Shown: positions 1-10,913, counted from the first letter of the stretch. The stretch: 64,000 bases of DNA from Escherichia coli (GCF_050920415.1 NZ_CP169310.1); one strand, 5' to 3'. Program-made: numbers and translations. The notes: generated by a model not told the origin, from the sequence alone.

Positions 1-1175
1 ACTTCGCAGATATTTGTATAACGTAAAAATGCTACACGCAACGTATTAAATCTGCCGTACTTCGCCTCAATGTTCAGGGTAAGATTTATGCTCAGTGCGG
101 CAGATATACAAATGAACTCAGCTTTAAGGTTTCAGCTCACAAATCTTAGCATTTGATATTGTATCTTGTTGAAAATGTTGTACTGAATGTATATAAAAAC
201 TAAGGACACATTATTCTGACTGAATCATTCCTTACCCCTCTGCATGCTCTCAGAGGGATTTTTTTATTTCCTGAATGAATAATAAAATGAAGGTGCGACT
301 CCGATACCACCATTTACATCATTACCCCTGATATACAGTACCGGAATCGCATTAATATCATGTTACATGTTTTGTTTTTTCATGTCCAGAATAATGGGGG
401 GAAGCTTCTGTTGCGAAATAATATGCAAATCATGTCTTCTGGTGTTTGTTTTTAACTTATTGTCTTACTTGTGCTTTGCTTATAGTGCCTGATAACTCTT
501 CGGTTTGTTGTGAGTATAAAAAACCCCTGGTAACTCAGGGGTAAGAGAACAAATGAATGCTCAGTTTATGTTGCACTTTAAACTAATGGAACTATAGAGG
601 AGGTTGTTACATTTCCACTTATAAATCACCCACTCCTTTTTTGCAATAGATTAATATTAATTGTAAAATTTTTGTGATGTTGATCAGGGTATTTTTAGTT
701 ATTTATTGACCATGGACTCTGCCATAGTTTCTGCGTATCAACTGATAAGAGATAAGCTTTTGTTTTGAGTTTTTATTAAAAATGCGATTTATCTCACAAA
801 AAAATAATCATATAAACATGAAGGAGTTAATGGATAAATGCATATATCTTTAAAGTATTGTGCAGATGGTTATTCTTGTTTTTGTTTACTCGAATGGTTG
901 TTTTGTCTGATGTGAGTTTATTGATGCGTATTAATTATACGCCAGAAGCTTAAGTTAAGTATTGAAATCAGTGGGCTGTACGGTTAAATTTTTGTTTCAG
1001 CGTAGCTGATTCATCGTTATTCGAATATGACCAACGCACCTGTAATTGTTGTTTCTCTTGGAGCCCCCACTTTTTTGTGGGGATTTTTTTATTCCATGTG
1101 TCGTTAAAGGGATACACCCGGAATATGTAATTGTTCCACATAAGAAGAATTAAGCTGAATGACATTATGATTAGA
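1..1175. repeat. Left arm of a ~1.16-kb AT-rich, essentially non-coding inverted repeat (partner 14780-15941); cut by the window start, so it may be longer
   Basis: The reverse complement of 15941->14780 matches 1->~1175 with scattered mismatches (about 95% by eye). It contains hairpin plus T-run motifs at 236-266 (+), 518-541 (minus sense) and 1064-1090 (+). The only >=60-aa ORF (968-1189) is not conserved in the partner. Confidence 0.85.
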
Positions 1176-1983
1176 AATCGTCTCTCCATGCCTTACATAC
1201 CAGTGAACGGATATGTCCATCCGGTTGACTGATGCAGATACATGGGGCAAAAGTGGAGTATACCGACCATGGCTGATAACAGCAAGATGCTCAGAAAAAC
1301 ATGGCTACACGTTCTTAACCTGACCCTTTTTCCATTCAGATATAATATCTCATCCGTTCAGGTGCGCTCTTCGTTACTCAAAATAATCACAGATTATATC
1401 TCATCCACATAATTACCGGAACCATGAGTTTTCCACGTTACGGATATCATATGTCTGACGTAAAAAACACCAGCTTCCGGAGAGACTTTCTCTGTATCCG
1501 AAAAAGAATGTTTTATAAAACATAGCATTTTCACCATAATGTCCATAGTGCCACGGGGATATAATTTTTGCATCATTCCCTGCTACATTTTTAATCATAT
1601 TATTCTGCATACTTACCTGTCGTCGTAATGCAAAACTGCAATTCATCTTCTCTTTGCGGTATAAAAACTCACCATACCTGAAGGCATTAGCATGGTATAC
1701 GCGGGTTACAAGTTCCTATGTGCGTATTCCAACTGAACAGCCATCCAGTATATCTGTAAAGAAATAATTAAAATCTGAATTTAATTCCAGTGACAGGGAT
1801 GTAACATTATTCTTTTTGTAGGGCAGGTAATATGCTTTAAAAGTAATGTCCTCAGGAATATTATCTGTGGCCTGCATTAACTTATATGAAGGAATACTTC
1901 CCCGGACAGGACAGCTATAATTACCGGCTTGCTTTTGAAAATAAAAATTACCTGTTTTCTTTTCAGATGAATCAGAAAAGAAA

Positions 1984-2112
1984 TCGAGTAGGCAGCCTGA
2001 CGGCTGCGGCTTGTCATGGCCTGAGATTACCGTTATAAAAACAGACAATGTCATTGTCTTTCAGTTAGTTATACGGTCCGTTCAGCTAAACCTCGCAAAC
2101 AAAAATCCGGCG
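1984..2112 (+). mobile_element. IS91-family left-end fragment (terminus TCGAGTAGGC... plus the first codons of orf121, start codon lost)
   Basis: Aligns by eye with 16370-16500 and 55366-55495 (tcgagtaggcagcctgacggctgcggcttgtcatgg...cagttagttata...ttcagctaaacctcg). Confidence 0.7.
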
Positions 2113-2208
2113 ATCTTCAGCAATAGTCTGCGCACGTTTGGTAGCCAGATCATCATTATTCATGGTTATTGCATCTCCGTCAGACGTTTTTATATCCGGA
2201 CAGCCCCT

Positions 2209-2350
2209 CTATGGCCACTTCTGTGCGGTATGCGATACGCGCAGGATATACACTTTTCCCCACAGGCTATCGACCTCATAAACCAGAACAAAATGCGGGT
2301 GAATAACCAGTTCCCGGGTACCTTCCACACGACCGTTGCGGCCTTTTATA
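2209..2350 (-). pseudogene. 3' remnant of a RelE/ParE-family toxin gene; the 5' part is lost at the IS1414 boundary
   Basis: The minus-strand translation IKGRNGRVEGTRELVIHPHFVLVYEVDSLWGKVYILRVSHTAQKWP* has the typical ParE/RelE C-terminal signature (..YEV....V.ILRV.H.AQ.WP). There is no start codon and no antitoxin partner. Confidence 0.5.
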
Positions 2351-2384
2351 GAGCCTGTTTAAGATTCTGTGTAAATGCCTTTTC

Positions 2385-3593
2385 TCAGAAGTGACCGTCC
2401 AGGCGGTCACCGAACTCGATAATAAAGCGGCTCATTGCCATTCGCCAGTCCTTCAACGGCATCGTCCATTTCTGGGACGCAGACTGGATTGCCAGCCACA
2501 CCACTTTTTTCACCGAGTCGTCTGTCGGGAACACTTTACGCTTTTTGATCGCATGGCGGATCACGCTGTTTAGCGACTCGATGGCATTCGTCGTATAGAG
2601 CACTTTGCGGATGTCCGTTGGATAAGCGAAGAACGTGGCAAGATTCGGCCAGTTAGCCTGCCAGCTTCGGCTTATCTGAGGATAGCGACTGTCCCAGGCC
2701 GCAGCGAACGCTTCCAGTGCCTGCTGGCCTGCCTCTTCCGTGGGTGCCTGATAAATCGCTTTCAGGTCGCGAGTGACGGCTTTGTAGTCCTTCCATGACA
2801 CGAAGCGCAGGCTGTTGCGCACCATATGCACGATGCATAACTGGATGCGGGCCTTCGGATATACTGTGTTGATGGCATCCGGGAAGCCTTTCAGGCCATC
2901 CACACAGGCGATGAGGATATCATTCAGACCGCGGTTTTTCAGTTCAGTCAGCACATTGAGCCAGAACTTCGCCCCTTCATTTTCGGCCAGCCACATACCT
3001 GGCAGTTCTTTCTGACCTTCGATATTGATGCCCAGTGCCAGGAACACCGATTTGTTGATGACGCGACTGTCATGCCGAACTTTCAGGACGATACAGTCAA
3101 GATAAACAATGGGGTAAACAGCATCCAGTGGTCGGTTTTGCCATTCTACAACCTGCTCCATCACGGCATCGGTAACCTTTGATATCAGTGCCGGTGAAAC
3201 ATCTGCGTCATACAGTTCTTTGAACGCAGCGGCTATCTCACGGGTGGTCATCCCTTTGGCATACAACGAGAGGAGCTGGTTATCCATCCCGGTAATACGG
3301 GTCTGATTTTTCTTTACCATTTGTGGTTCGAAGGTACCGTCACGATCGCGCGGAGTACGCAGTTCCAGTGGACCGTCGCCTGTGATAACGGTCTTTGTGG
3401 AATAACCGTTGCGGGAGTTAGCTCCTGGTCTGGACTGATTTTTCTCATACCCAAGATGGTGTGTCATCTCTGCATTGAGAGCGGCTTCAACGCTGAGCTT
3501 TTTCAGCAGCCGATCAAACTGACTGAGGTCTTCAGGGGTTTTGAGGTTTTTGGCCAGTTCGTTAGCCAGAGCCTGTAACTGTTTGTCGTCCAT
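2385..3593 (-). CDS. tnpA: IS256-family (IS1414) transposase
   Basis: 402-aa ORF MDDKQLQALANELAKNLKTPEDL...; mutator/IS256-type transposase sequence recognised over its full length. Confidence 0.9.
   Translation of the reverse strand: MDDKQLQALANELAKNLKTPEDLSQFDRLLKKLSVEAALNAEMTHHLGYEKNQSRPGANSRNGYSTKTVITGDGPLELRTPRDRDGTFEPQMVKKNQTRITGMDNQLLSLYAKGMTTREIAAAFKELYDADVSPALISKVTDAVMEQVVEWQNRPLDAVYPIVYLDCIVLKVRHDSRVINKSVFLALGINIEGQKELPGMWLAENEGAKFWLNVLTELKNRGLNDILIACVDGLKGFPDAINTVYPKARIQLCIVHMVRNSLRFVSWKDYKAVTRDLKAIYQAPTEEAGQQALEAFAAAWDSRYPQISRSWQANWPNLATFFAYPTDIRKVLYTTNAIESLNSVIRHAIKKRKVFPTDDSVKKVVWLAIQSASQKWTMPLKDWRMAMSRFIIEFGDRLDGHF
2762..2878 (-). CDS. astA: EAST1 heat-stable enterotoxin (38 aa), embedded out of frame inside the IS1414 transposase gene
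   Basis: I hand-translated the minus strand from the ATG at 2878: MPSTQYIRRPASSYASCIWCATACASCHGRTTKPSLAT*. This is the EAST1 peptide with its 4 Cys. It is below the 60-aa cutoff of the ORF track. Confidence 0.9.
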   Translation of the reverse strand: MPSTQYIRRPASSYASCIWCATACASCHGRTTKPSLAT

Positions 3594-3693
3594 AAATTAA
3601 CCTTCATTTGATGCTGGATTGAACATATCAAAATCAGGCAATTACACAAATCTATGTACAGGCTCCATGGTATTTAACGAATTCTATGTCGTA

Positions 3694-4887
3694 TTATCTT
3701 GGTTGCAGACAGTTGTCTTCTTTCCAGCCGTACAGCCACTCCATACTCCGATAAAAATCTACCTGCGATTTCCCTTTCCACAGCAGATTACGTACCTGGC
3801 GTTCTACCCCTGCGGCGTGGTAAACCCGCCCCATTTCACGGGTCGACCAGACGATGCGCGCGGTGCGCGGAATTCGTACCGACTCATACAGCGCAAAGGC
3901 TTGCGCCGCATCACCCTCACACTGCGCCAGCGCCTTACCCAGCGTTACTGCATCTTCCAGCGCCATACAGGCTCCCTGCGCCATATATTGCGCCACCGGA
4001 TGGGCCGCATCGCCAACCAGCGTTATGCGCTTCGTTCCCCACTTCGCCACCGGTTCACGGTCAGCGGTTGACCAGCGTCGCCATGAAGTCGGTTTATCCA
4101 ACATCTGGCGCGGACGGGGGTGAATCCCTTCAAAGTAAGAGAGCACTTCCTCTTTACTGCCATCCTTCACGCCCCACTCTTCCTGCTGGCGGCTGTGGAA
4201 TGTTACCACCAGGTTATACTGCTTGCCGCCGCGCAAAGGGTAATGCACCAGGTGACAATGCGGCCCCGCCCACAGTACCGGTGCGTTAATGCGCAAATCT
4301 TCCGGCATATCGGCACAATCGATAACCGCACGGTAGACAACATGTCCGGTGACACGCGGCGCATCGCCCAATAAGCTCTGGCGCACCACTGACTTCACGC
4401 CGTCACAGCCAATCAGAATATCGCCGGTCCAGCTATTGCCGCGATCGTCAAACACGGTGACATCGTCTTCCGTCTCGCGAATATCCACGACGTTGGTGGA
4501 GGTGTGATATTCCACGTCCGGATGCGTCAGTACCGCTTCCCACACCGAGGCGTGAATATCAACCCGGTGGATCACCGCGTAAGGGCCGCCGAAATGGTCA
4601 CGAAAGGCCTGCCCGGTTTCAATGCGCACCACTTCTTCGGCATTCACCGCATCCATCATGGTAATGTGATCGGTAAACACCGCGCGCTGGCGGGCAACTT
4701 CGCCGACGCCGAGGCTGTCCAGCGCCGAAAACGCATTTGGCCCCAACTGGATGCCCGCGCCAATCTCACCGATCTCATGCGCCTTTTCCAGCAGCACCAC
4801 TTTGATCCCCAGGCGGGCCAGTGACAGCGCAGTTGCCGCACCACCGATCCCGCCTCCCACAATTACTGCGCGTGTCACTTTCGTCAT
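3694..4887 (-). CDS. mhbM: FAD-dependent aromatic monooxygenase, 3-hydroxybenzoate 6-hydroxylase-like
   Basis: 397 aa with an N-terminal GxGxxG motif (VIVGGGIGGAATAL) and flavoprotein monooxygenase motifs. It is the last gene of a gentisate-pathway operon in the same order as Klebsiella mhbTDHIM. Confidence 0.8.
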   Translation of the reverse strand: MTKVTRAVIVGGGIGGAATALSLARLGIKVVLLEKAHEIGEIGAGIQLGPNAFSALDSLGVGEVARQRAVFTDHITMMDAVNAEEVVRIETGQAFRDHFGGPYAVIHRVDIHASVWEAVLTHPDVEYHTSTNVVDIRETEDDVTVFDDRGNSWTGDILIGCDGVKSVVRQSLLGDAPRVTGHVVYRAVIDCADMPEDLRINAPVLWAGPHCHLVHYPLRGGKQYNLVVTFHSRQQEEWGVKDGSKEEVLSYFEGIHPRPRQMLDKPTSWRRWSTADREPVAKWGTKRITLVGDAAHPVAQYMAQGACMALEDAVTLGKALAQCEGDAAQAFALYESVRIPRTARIVWSTREMGRVYHAAGVERQVRNLLWKGKSQVDFYRSMEWLYGWKEDNCLQPR

Positions 4888-4901
4888 TATAGTTCTCCTG
4901 G

Positions 4902-5549
4902 TCAGGCTGAAATTTTATCTTGTTGATTTTCTGGCGCTGCAGCAATGAACGCTGGCAGCTGTGTGCAGGCGTCGTACACCGCTTTGCAGCGTGGATACCC
5001 GCTCAAATCGCAGTTCATGCGTAGCGCGTTCGCCCACTGCGGGACAAGGCAGCAATCTGCCAGCGTCGGCGTCTCGCCCACACAAAATTGCCCCGACTGG
5101 TTCTGGCGCAACAGTTGTTCCACCGCGCTTAACCCTTGCTGGATCCAGTGCGCATACCAACGTTTTTTTTCTTCTTCACTGACGTTCAGTTCTTCGGTCA
5201 GGTAGCGCAGCACGCGCAAGTTATTCAATGGATGAATATCACAAGCGATGGCATAGACAATTTCCAGCACCTTGTTGCGGGCCGGTTCTTCCTGCGGCAC
5301 CAGCGGAACTTGCGGGTAGTGCCTCTCCAGCCAGTCAATAATCGCCAGCGACTGACCGAGTGACTCACCCTCGTCAGTCAGCAGCGTCGGCACCAGCCCG
5401 ACCGGATTCATCCGCCGATAGGCCAGTTCATTTTGCTGACCAATGCGGATATTCACCCCTTCGGTCTGGTAATTAATGCCTTTCAGCGCCAACGCAATGC
5501 GTACCCGGTACGATGCTGAACTATTAAAAAAACTGTACAGCTTCATCAT
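4902..5549 (-). CDS. mhbI: Maleylpyruvate isomerase (GST-zeta / maleylacetoacetate isomerase family)
   Basis: 215 aa; MKLYSFFNSSASYRVRIALALKG... is a typical zeta-class GST N-terminus. Operon context supports the call. Confidence 0.8.
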   Translation of the reverse strand: MMKLYSFFNSSASYRVRIALALKGINYQTEGVNIRIGQQNELAYRRMNPVGLVPTLLTDEGESLGQSLAIIDWLERHYPQVPLVPQEEPARNKVLEIVYAIACDIHPLNNLRVLRYLTEELNVSEEEKKRWYAHWIQQGLSAVEQLLRQNQSGQFCVGETPTLADCCLVPQWANALRMNCDLSGYPRCKAVYDACTQLPAFIAAAPENQQDKISA

Positions 5550-5554
5550 GCACC

Positions 5555-6256
5555 TCAGACAATCTTCACCGCGATAGGGGTTAAGCCCTCGACGTTACCC
5601 GTGATCACATCACCTTTCACTACCGGGCCAACCCCTTCCGGCGTACCGGTAAAGATCAGATCACCCGGTTGCAGTTCAAAGAAACCAGACAGGTAGCTGA
5701 TGGTTTCATTCACTGACCAGATAAGATGACGAATATCGCTGCGCTGATGATCTTCGCCGTTAACCTGTAACCAGATTGGCGCATTATCAATACCGCCGAT
5801 ATCGCTGGCTTTGTGCAGCGGCGCGATGGGCGCTGAGAGATCAAACGCTTTACCGATTTCCCACGGGCGGCCCATCTGACGCATTTCCATCTGACGGTCA
5901 CGGCGAGTCATATCAAGACCCGTGGCATAACCCCAGACATATTCATGGGCGTTTTCCAGCGGGATATCACTGCCCTTTTTACCAATGGCCACCACCAGTT
6001 CAATTTCGTAATGGTAGTTATCGGTCTGCGCCGGATACGGCAGCGCCAGCGTTTCGCCTGCGGCAACCGGAACAACGGCATCCGCCGGTTTGCAGAAGAA
6101 GAATGGCGGTTCACGATCCGGATCAAAGCCCATTTCGCGGGCATGGGCGGCATAGTTACGCCCGACGCAGTAAACGCGGCGCACGGGGAATTGTTCATCA
6201 CTGCCAACAACCGGTACGGTAACGGGCACTTGAGGTTCGAATACGTATTGAGTCAT
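5555..6256 (-). CDS. mhbH: Fumarylpyruvate hydrolase (FAH family)
   Basis: 233 aa with the fumarylacetoacetate-hydrolase-family core (..[24 protein letters not shown]..). Operon context supports the call. Confidence 0.8.
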   Translation of the reverse strand: MTQYVFEPQVPVTVPVVGSDEQFPVRRVYCVGRNYAAHAREMGFDPDREPPFFFCKPADAVVPVAAGETLALPYPAQTDNYHYEIELVVAIGKKGSDIPLENAHEYVWGYATGLDMTRRDRQMEMRQMGRPWEIGKAFDLSAPIAPLHKASDIGGIDNAPIWLQVNGEDHQRSDIRHLIWSVNETISYLSGFFELQPGDLIFTGTPEGVGPVVKGDVITGNVEGLTPIAVKIV

Positions 6257-6271
6257 TTTTTCTCTCCCAAA

Positions 6272-7300
6272 TTAATAACGCGCTTCGCGAAACAGCCCTA
6301 GGGCTTCTTGTACCGGTCTGTCCGAAAAACTAAATAAAACGGTATCTTGCGTGGTCTGGAACGACACACCGTGCCAGGACGGCACCACGAAGATATCTTT
6401 TGCACTAAAGCTGAAGGTTTCATTGCCGATGCTCACCTGACCGCCACCTTCCACCACATGATAGATGGTGCTGTCAGTCGTACGCGCCACACGTGAAGTA
6501 AATCCTTTTGGTAACAGTTGCAGGAAAGCGCCCATCGACGGCATCGGATAGCCACCAGTGACCGGGTTGACGTAGCGCATTTTGTAGCCATCCCATTCGT
6601 CGGCATCGCCCAGACGGGTTAAATCGTGCAGCACTTCGCGGCTGCGGTCATAACGGTAGTTAAAGATCGGCGAGGAGTTCCCCGTCTGATAGCGCAGCGG
6701 CAACATATTGGCGGCATAACGCGGCAGGTAATCGCCCTCTTTACGTGTTACCGGTTGTTGCTCTTCCGGGTAATCTTCGGCAAAACCGCAGCCCAGCGTG
6801 TTCACTAATGGCAGATCCAGCCCATCGAGCCAGATAACCGACTCCTCTCCAGGGTTACCGTGATCGTGCCAGCACCACTGCGGAGTCAGGATAAAATCGC
6901 CCTCATTCATTGGCGTGCGTTCACCGTCAACGGCAGTGAATGCCCCTTTGCCTTCAACAATAAAACGCAGCGCCGACTGGTTATGGCGATGGCTGGGGGC
7001 CACTTCGCCCGGCATGATCAGTTGCAAACCGGCATATAAAGTCGCGGTAATGGAAGACTGCCCGCGCAGCGCCGGGTTTTCCAGTACCAGCACACGACGC
7101 ACAGCTTCTTTCGCGCCAATCAGGCTGCCGCTCTTCAGCAGCAGCGGGCGGATCTCCTGATAATTCCAGTACGCTGGCGCACAGGTAGCGTTGGGCGTTT
7201 TGGGCACCAGGTGGTGCAGTGACTCCCACAGCGGGGTCAGGTTTTGCCCGGAAATATGCTGATAAAATTGCTCGCGGCTATTTTGATTGCTATCAGTCAT
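6272..7300 (-). CDS. mhbD: Gentisate 1,2-dioxygenase (bicupin)
   Basis: 342 aa with cupin His motifs ([23 protein letters not shown]). Sits between the transporter and hydrolase genes. Confidence 0.85.
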   Translation of the reverse strand: MTDSNQNSREQFYQHISGQNLTPLWESLHHLVPKTPNATCAPAYWNYQEIRPLLLKSGSLIGAKEAVRRVLVLENPALRGQSSITATLYAGLQLIMPGEVAPSHRHNQSALRFIVEGKGAFTAVDGERTPMNEGDFILTPQWCWHDHGNPGEESVIWLDGLDLPLVNTLGCGFAEDYPEEQQPVTRKEGDYLPRYAANMLPLRYQTGNSSPIFNYRYDRSREVLHDLTRLGDADEWDGYKMRYVNPVTGGYPMPSMGAFLQLLPKGFTSRVARTTDSTIYHVVEGGGQVSIGNETFSFSAKDIFVVPSWHGVSFQTTQDTVLFSFSDRPVQEALGLFREARY

Positions 7301-7311
7301 TGGGATGCTCC

Positions 7312-8670
7312 TTATTCGTTCACTACGCCTGCGTGAGGCAGTGAGTCAGGGACAGAGGTCGACTGGCGAACCACGATGATCAGCAGGGTTAACATCACCG
7401 CACTGATCACCGCGGGCACAGCGATAATAAAAAACAGGGTGTCGAAAGAGAAATTCATCGCCATCATCACGCCGCCAGACAGCGAACCAACAATCGCGCC
7501 GCAGCGGCCGATAGCATTTGACCAGCTCACGCCCGTGGCGCGGCTTTGCGTTGGGTAGAGCGTTGCGGTCAGCGCATTCAGCCCCACCTGCGATCCGCTA
7601 ATGCCAATACCGGTGCCAAAAATCGCCAGCGCCATCAGCCATAATCCATCCTGGCTTAAACCAATCATCACGATGCATCCAGCGCCTGTGGCATAGCTCA
7701 GGGCCAGAACGTAGAAAGGATTGAACTTGTCCATCAACATGCCCAGCGCCAGCGCGCCCAACGTACCGCCAATCTGGAACGCGGCGGTGACCCAGGACGC
7801 ATGTTGCAGATCGATACCACGATGGCTCAGTAGCGTCGGCATCCAGCTTGAAAGCAGGTAAATAATCAGCAGGCTCATAAAGAACACTACCCACAGCATC
7901 AACGTAATGGCTAGTTGGCGCCCTGCGAATAACTGACGAATACTGCTATTAGCAGTTGCGACTGATTCGTTGAGATAAAAATGAGTATCAGGATAACATT
8001 CACGAGTAATGGCGCTCACGGTTCTTGCAATCACCGCCTGCGGTAACTGGCGGCGTACCTGCCAGCGTGGAGATTCCGGCAAAATCACCAGCAGTGCGAC
8101 AAACAGCATCAGCGGTAATACGCCCCCCAACACCAGAATCCCGTGCCAGCCTATCACCGGCACCAGCTGCGCACTGACAATCCCGCCAAACGCCGAACCC
8201 AGCGTAAAGCCGCAAAACATCAGCGTCACCAGCGCGCCACGGCGGCGAGCAGGCAGATATTCCGAGGTCATGGTGATGGTGTTCGGCATCGCGCCGCCCA
8301 GTCCCAGGCCGGTGAGAAAACGCAGGAATATCAGCGTTTGCAGATCCGGCGAGAACGCTGAGGCGAGACTTAACGCGCCAAATAAAAAGACGCACAGCTC
8401 GATCACTCGTTTGCGACCAAAGCGGTCGGACAACGGGCCACAAAGCAGTGCGCCTGCCGTTAATCCCAGCAGACCCGCACCAAAAAGCGGGGCAAGAGCG
8501 CCTGCGGTGAGTTGCCAGTGAGAACGGATATCAGGGGCGATAAAGCCGATAGCCGCGGTGTCAAAACCATCGAGCATTACCACCAGAAAACAGCAGATGA
8601 TAACGCACCACTGCATCTTGCCGATCGGAGCTGCATCGATAAGTGCTTGTAAATCACGTCGTTGAGTCAT
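7312..8670 (-). CDS. mhbT: MFS aromatic-acid:H+ symporter (3-hydroxybenzoate transporter-like)
   Basis: 452 aa with 12-TM-like hydrophobic periodicity and an MFS motif ([12 protein letters not shown]). First gene of the catabolic operon. Confidence 0.8.
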   Translation of the reverse strand: MTQRRDLQALIDAAPIGKMQWCVIICCFLVVMLDGFDTAAIGFIAPDIRSHWQLTAGALAPLFGAGLLGLTAGALLCGPLSDRFGRKRVIELCVFLFGALSLASAFSPDLQTLIFLRFLTGLGLGGAMPNTITMTSEYLPARRRGALVTLMFCGFTLGSAFGGIVSAQLVPVIGWHGILVLGGVLPLMLFVALLVILPESPRWQVRRQLPQAVIARTVSAITRECYPDTHFYLNESVATANSSIRQLFAGRQLAITLMLWVVFFMSLLIIYLLSSWMPTLLSHRGIDLQHASWVTAAFQIGGTLGALALGMLMDKFNPFYVLALSYATGAGCIVMIGLSQDGLWLMALAIFGTGIGISGSQVGLNALTATLYPTQSRATGVSWSNAIGRCGAIVGSLSGGVMMAMNFSFDTLFFIIAVPAVISAVMLTLLIIVVRQSTSVPDSLPHAGVVNE

Positions 8671-8792
8671 AGTAAATGCCTCAGTGCAGGTAAGGTAGAT
8701 GTTTCTTTTGTATATGTTGCGATAATGTGATTAAAGAGATGGGATGTACAATGGCATTTTGGGCAGAAAGATAACCTGGAGGTTATGGTAAA
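8671..8792. promoter_or_regulatory. Divergent mhbT / mhbR control region
   Basis: 122-bp AT-rich gap between divergently oriented transporter and LysR genes. No operator was defined. Confidence 0.45.
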
Positions 8793-9719
8793 ATGGCAAA
8801 ATGGGCGCAAAAAATAAAACTACATCACCTGCAAATGCTGGTTGCGCTGGGTGAACAGGGTAATCTGACCCACGTCGCACGGATGATGAATATCACCCAA
8901 CCCGCGCTTTCGAAATGGTTGTCACAACTCGAAGATGATATTGGAATCACACTTTTTGAGCGGCACAGCAAAGGCTTACGTCCGACTGAAGGCGGCAAAT
9001 TGTTATTGCAACATGCCCAACGGTTAATCAATGACATGGAGCGATCACAATATGAACTGGCCCGTTTTAAACAAGATGGACTGGTCGGCAGTCTGAAAAT
9101 TGGCTGTTCTCCTGTCGCCACTGACTGCGTATCCCAGGCGATTTTGCATTTGCTTACGGAGATGCCAACTCTACACCTGAATATTGAAGAGAAGGTGATG
9201 ACCCCATTGCTGCAAGATCTGTTGGCAGGTTCTGTCGATGTGGTCGTTGGGCGAATAGGCGGCCGCGCATTGCAGCTGCCACTGAATTATCAGGTGCTGT
9301 ACACCGAGCCAGTATGCTTTGTCGCCCGCCCAGAGCACCCACTGGCGAAATACGCCACCCTCAGCTGGAATGATCTTGCCAACTGGCGCTGGATAGTCTG
9401 GCCGACGGGTACCCCCATTCGCATCAGTATTGATAATGCGCTGGTAGACCACGGCGTAATGCTGCCAGAAAACACGATTGAGTCGGCGTCGATGAACGTC
9501 AGTACCAACCTGTTACAAAGCAGCGATATGATCTCTATTTTGTCATTACGCCTGGCGCAACGTTATGCCAGCCAGGGACAACTGGTGATACTCAACCTGC
9601 CAAAGATAGAACAGAAAGGCAGCGTCGGTGTGTTCTGGCGAAATAATATTCCACTCACGTATGCCTTAAGTAGATTTATAGATTTTTTAATTCATGATAG
9701 AATAGGAGAAAGTCGGTAA
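8793..9719 (+). CDS. mhbR: LysR-family transcriptional regulator of the gentisate cluster
   Basis: 308 aa with an N-terminal LysR HTH (LHHLQMLVALGEQGNLTHVARMMNITQPALSKWLSQLE). Divergent from the operon. Confidence 0.85.
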   Translation: MAKWAQKIKLHHLQMLVALGEQGNLTHVARMMNITQPALSKWLSQLEDDIGITLFERHSKGLRPTEGGKLLLQHAQRLINDMERSQYELARFKQDGLVGSLKIGCSPVATDCVSQAILHLLTEMPTLHLNIEEKVMTPLLQDLLAGSVDVVVGRIGGRALQLPLNYQVLYTEPVCFVARPEHPLAKYATLSWNDLANWRWIVWPTGTPIRISIDNALVDHGVMLPENTIESASMNVSTNLLQSSDMISILSLRLAQRYASQGQLVILNLPKIEQKGSVGVFWRNNIPLTYALSRFIDFLIHDRIGESR

Positions 9720-9726
9720 TTTATAT

Positions 9727-10128
9727 CCCCTGTGTTACCATTTTTATACTCATAACAAAAAACATCAGAAGACACGATTTACATATTATTTCGCAACAGA
9801 ATTTTCCCCCATTATTCCAGATATAAAAAATGTAATATGATATTAATGCGATTCCGGTACTGTATGGCAGGGATAATGATGTAAATAGTGGTGCCGGAAT
9901 CGCATTTTTATTTTATTATTTCTTGTGGAAATAAAAAATCTCTGAGAGTACAGAGGGGGTAAGGAATGATTAGGTCAGAATAACATTATTCTTATTTAAC
10001 ACAACATTTTTCAATAAGATACCATATCACATCATAAAGTTTGTGAACTGAAACCTTAAAGCTGAGTTTCATTTTATATATCTGCCGTACTGAACATAAA
10101 TCTTATCTTGAATATTGAGGCAAAGTGC
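9727..10128. repeat. Third, diverged and shortened copy of the large repeat (same orientation as 15405-15888)
   Basis: cccctgtgttacca...attaatgcgattccggtactgtat...aaccttaaagctgag... aligns with 15401-15890 at about 80% identity by eye, with an internal deletion of about 50 bp. Confidence 0.75.
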
Positions 10129-10149
10129 TTATGAACCGGCCCCTTGAAA

Positions 10150-10219
10150 GAGCCTGTTTAGGATTCTGTGTAAATGCCTTTTCTCAGAAGTGACCGTCCA
10201 GGCGGTCACCTAACTCGAT
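10150..10219 (+). mobile_element. Solo IS1414 end fragment (same end and orientation as 2351-2420)
   Basis: gagcctgtttaggattctgtgtaaatgccttttctcagaagtgaccgtccaggcggtcacctaactcgat is nearly identical to 2351-2420. Confidence 0.85.
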
Positions 10220-10648
10220 CGATAGGAATTCAAACCCCAAAAAGATTAAAAAAACACCCAAAAATGGATGGTTATTCAACACCGCCAGAACGTCACGTAA
10301 TAAGTATCACCAATTTAATTGCTGGCATTGATTGATTCAGGGTATCGGTGGCGATTTTTCGCTCCATTTCCCTCAAAATGGACGCAACTTCCCCTCTGCG
10401 CCCCTCAGCCGCACACCCACATTCGCGCCAGCGGCTCATGCATCTGTAACGATAGCCCCGCTTCAGCCCCGTAAAATGCATCTGACTCCCGCACAGGATG
10501 CACTTCAGCGGGTCAACCTTCAGTAACTGCTGATACATCCCTCTCCACCTGATTTGCATCGCCGTTTTTTCACTGTCTCCGTTATGATGTACACCACTTC
10601 TTCCAGTAAGGGATTCCGCGCCCATTTCATCCAAAAGTTCCAGGAATG
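10220..10648 (-). mobile_element. IS91-family 3' remnant (C-terminal transposase codons plus right terminus)
   Basis: The reverse complement shares ...ggggaagttgcgtccatttt.agggaaatggagc.aaaaa.cgccac... and ...ttaatctttttggg.tt..aattcct.tcgat with 17218-17401. The ORF contains DPLKCILCGSQMHF, a typical IS91-transposase C-terminal Zn motif. Confidence 0.7.
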
Positions 10649-10913
10649 TTGATTATCTATATGAATTAAATATAATTTCCTGCCAGCTTTTGTTTTTTAC
10701 CGTCAAACCGGATATCTGTTGCGAATTTCTACGGTTGGCATTTTAGAAAAATGCGTCCTGACTGGTATCAAAAGTCGTTTTTGAGGATAAGTGCTATCAA
10801 AATAACACCAAAACGATATTAGATACCTCATTTCAGACCAATAAATGCAGTCTCAGATTTCACAACATATGAGATGGTGAAAAACAACGGTCTTAAACCT
10901 CATCATCAAAAAA

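Larger units (their letters stand above)
2351..3665 (-). mobile_element. IS1414 (IS256 family), complete copy of about 1315 bp
   Basis: Imperfect terminal IRs: gagcctgtttaagattctgtgtaaatgcc (2351-) and ggcaattacacaaatctatgtacaggctc (3637-3665). It has a single 402-aa IS256-type transposase with astA embedded. The flanking 9-mers differ (ccttttata / catggtatt), so there is no target-site duplication. Confidence 0.9.

Noticed and set aside
968-1189. A 73-aa minus-strand ORF inside the large repeat.
   Set aside because: The equivalent stretch in the partner copy (about 14790-15000) has no ORF of 60 aa or more. The ORF also runs through a terminator-like hairpin (cccccac-tttttt-gtgggg). It is probably not a gene.
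3619-4948. Plus-strand ORFs overlapping mhbM (150, 196, 89, 84, 106 and 65 aa).
   Set aside because: They are antisense to an intact flavoprotein gene in GC-rich DNA, which gives typical spurious Arg/Pro/Ala-rich translations.
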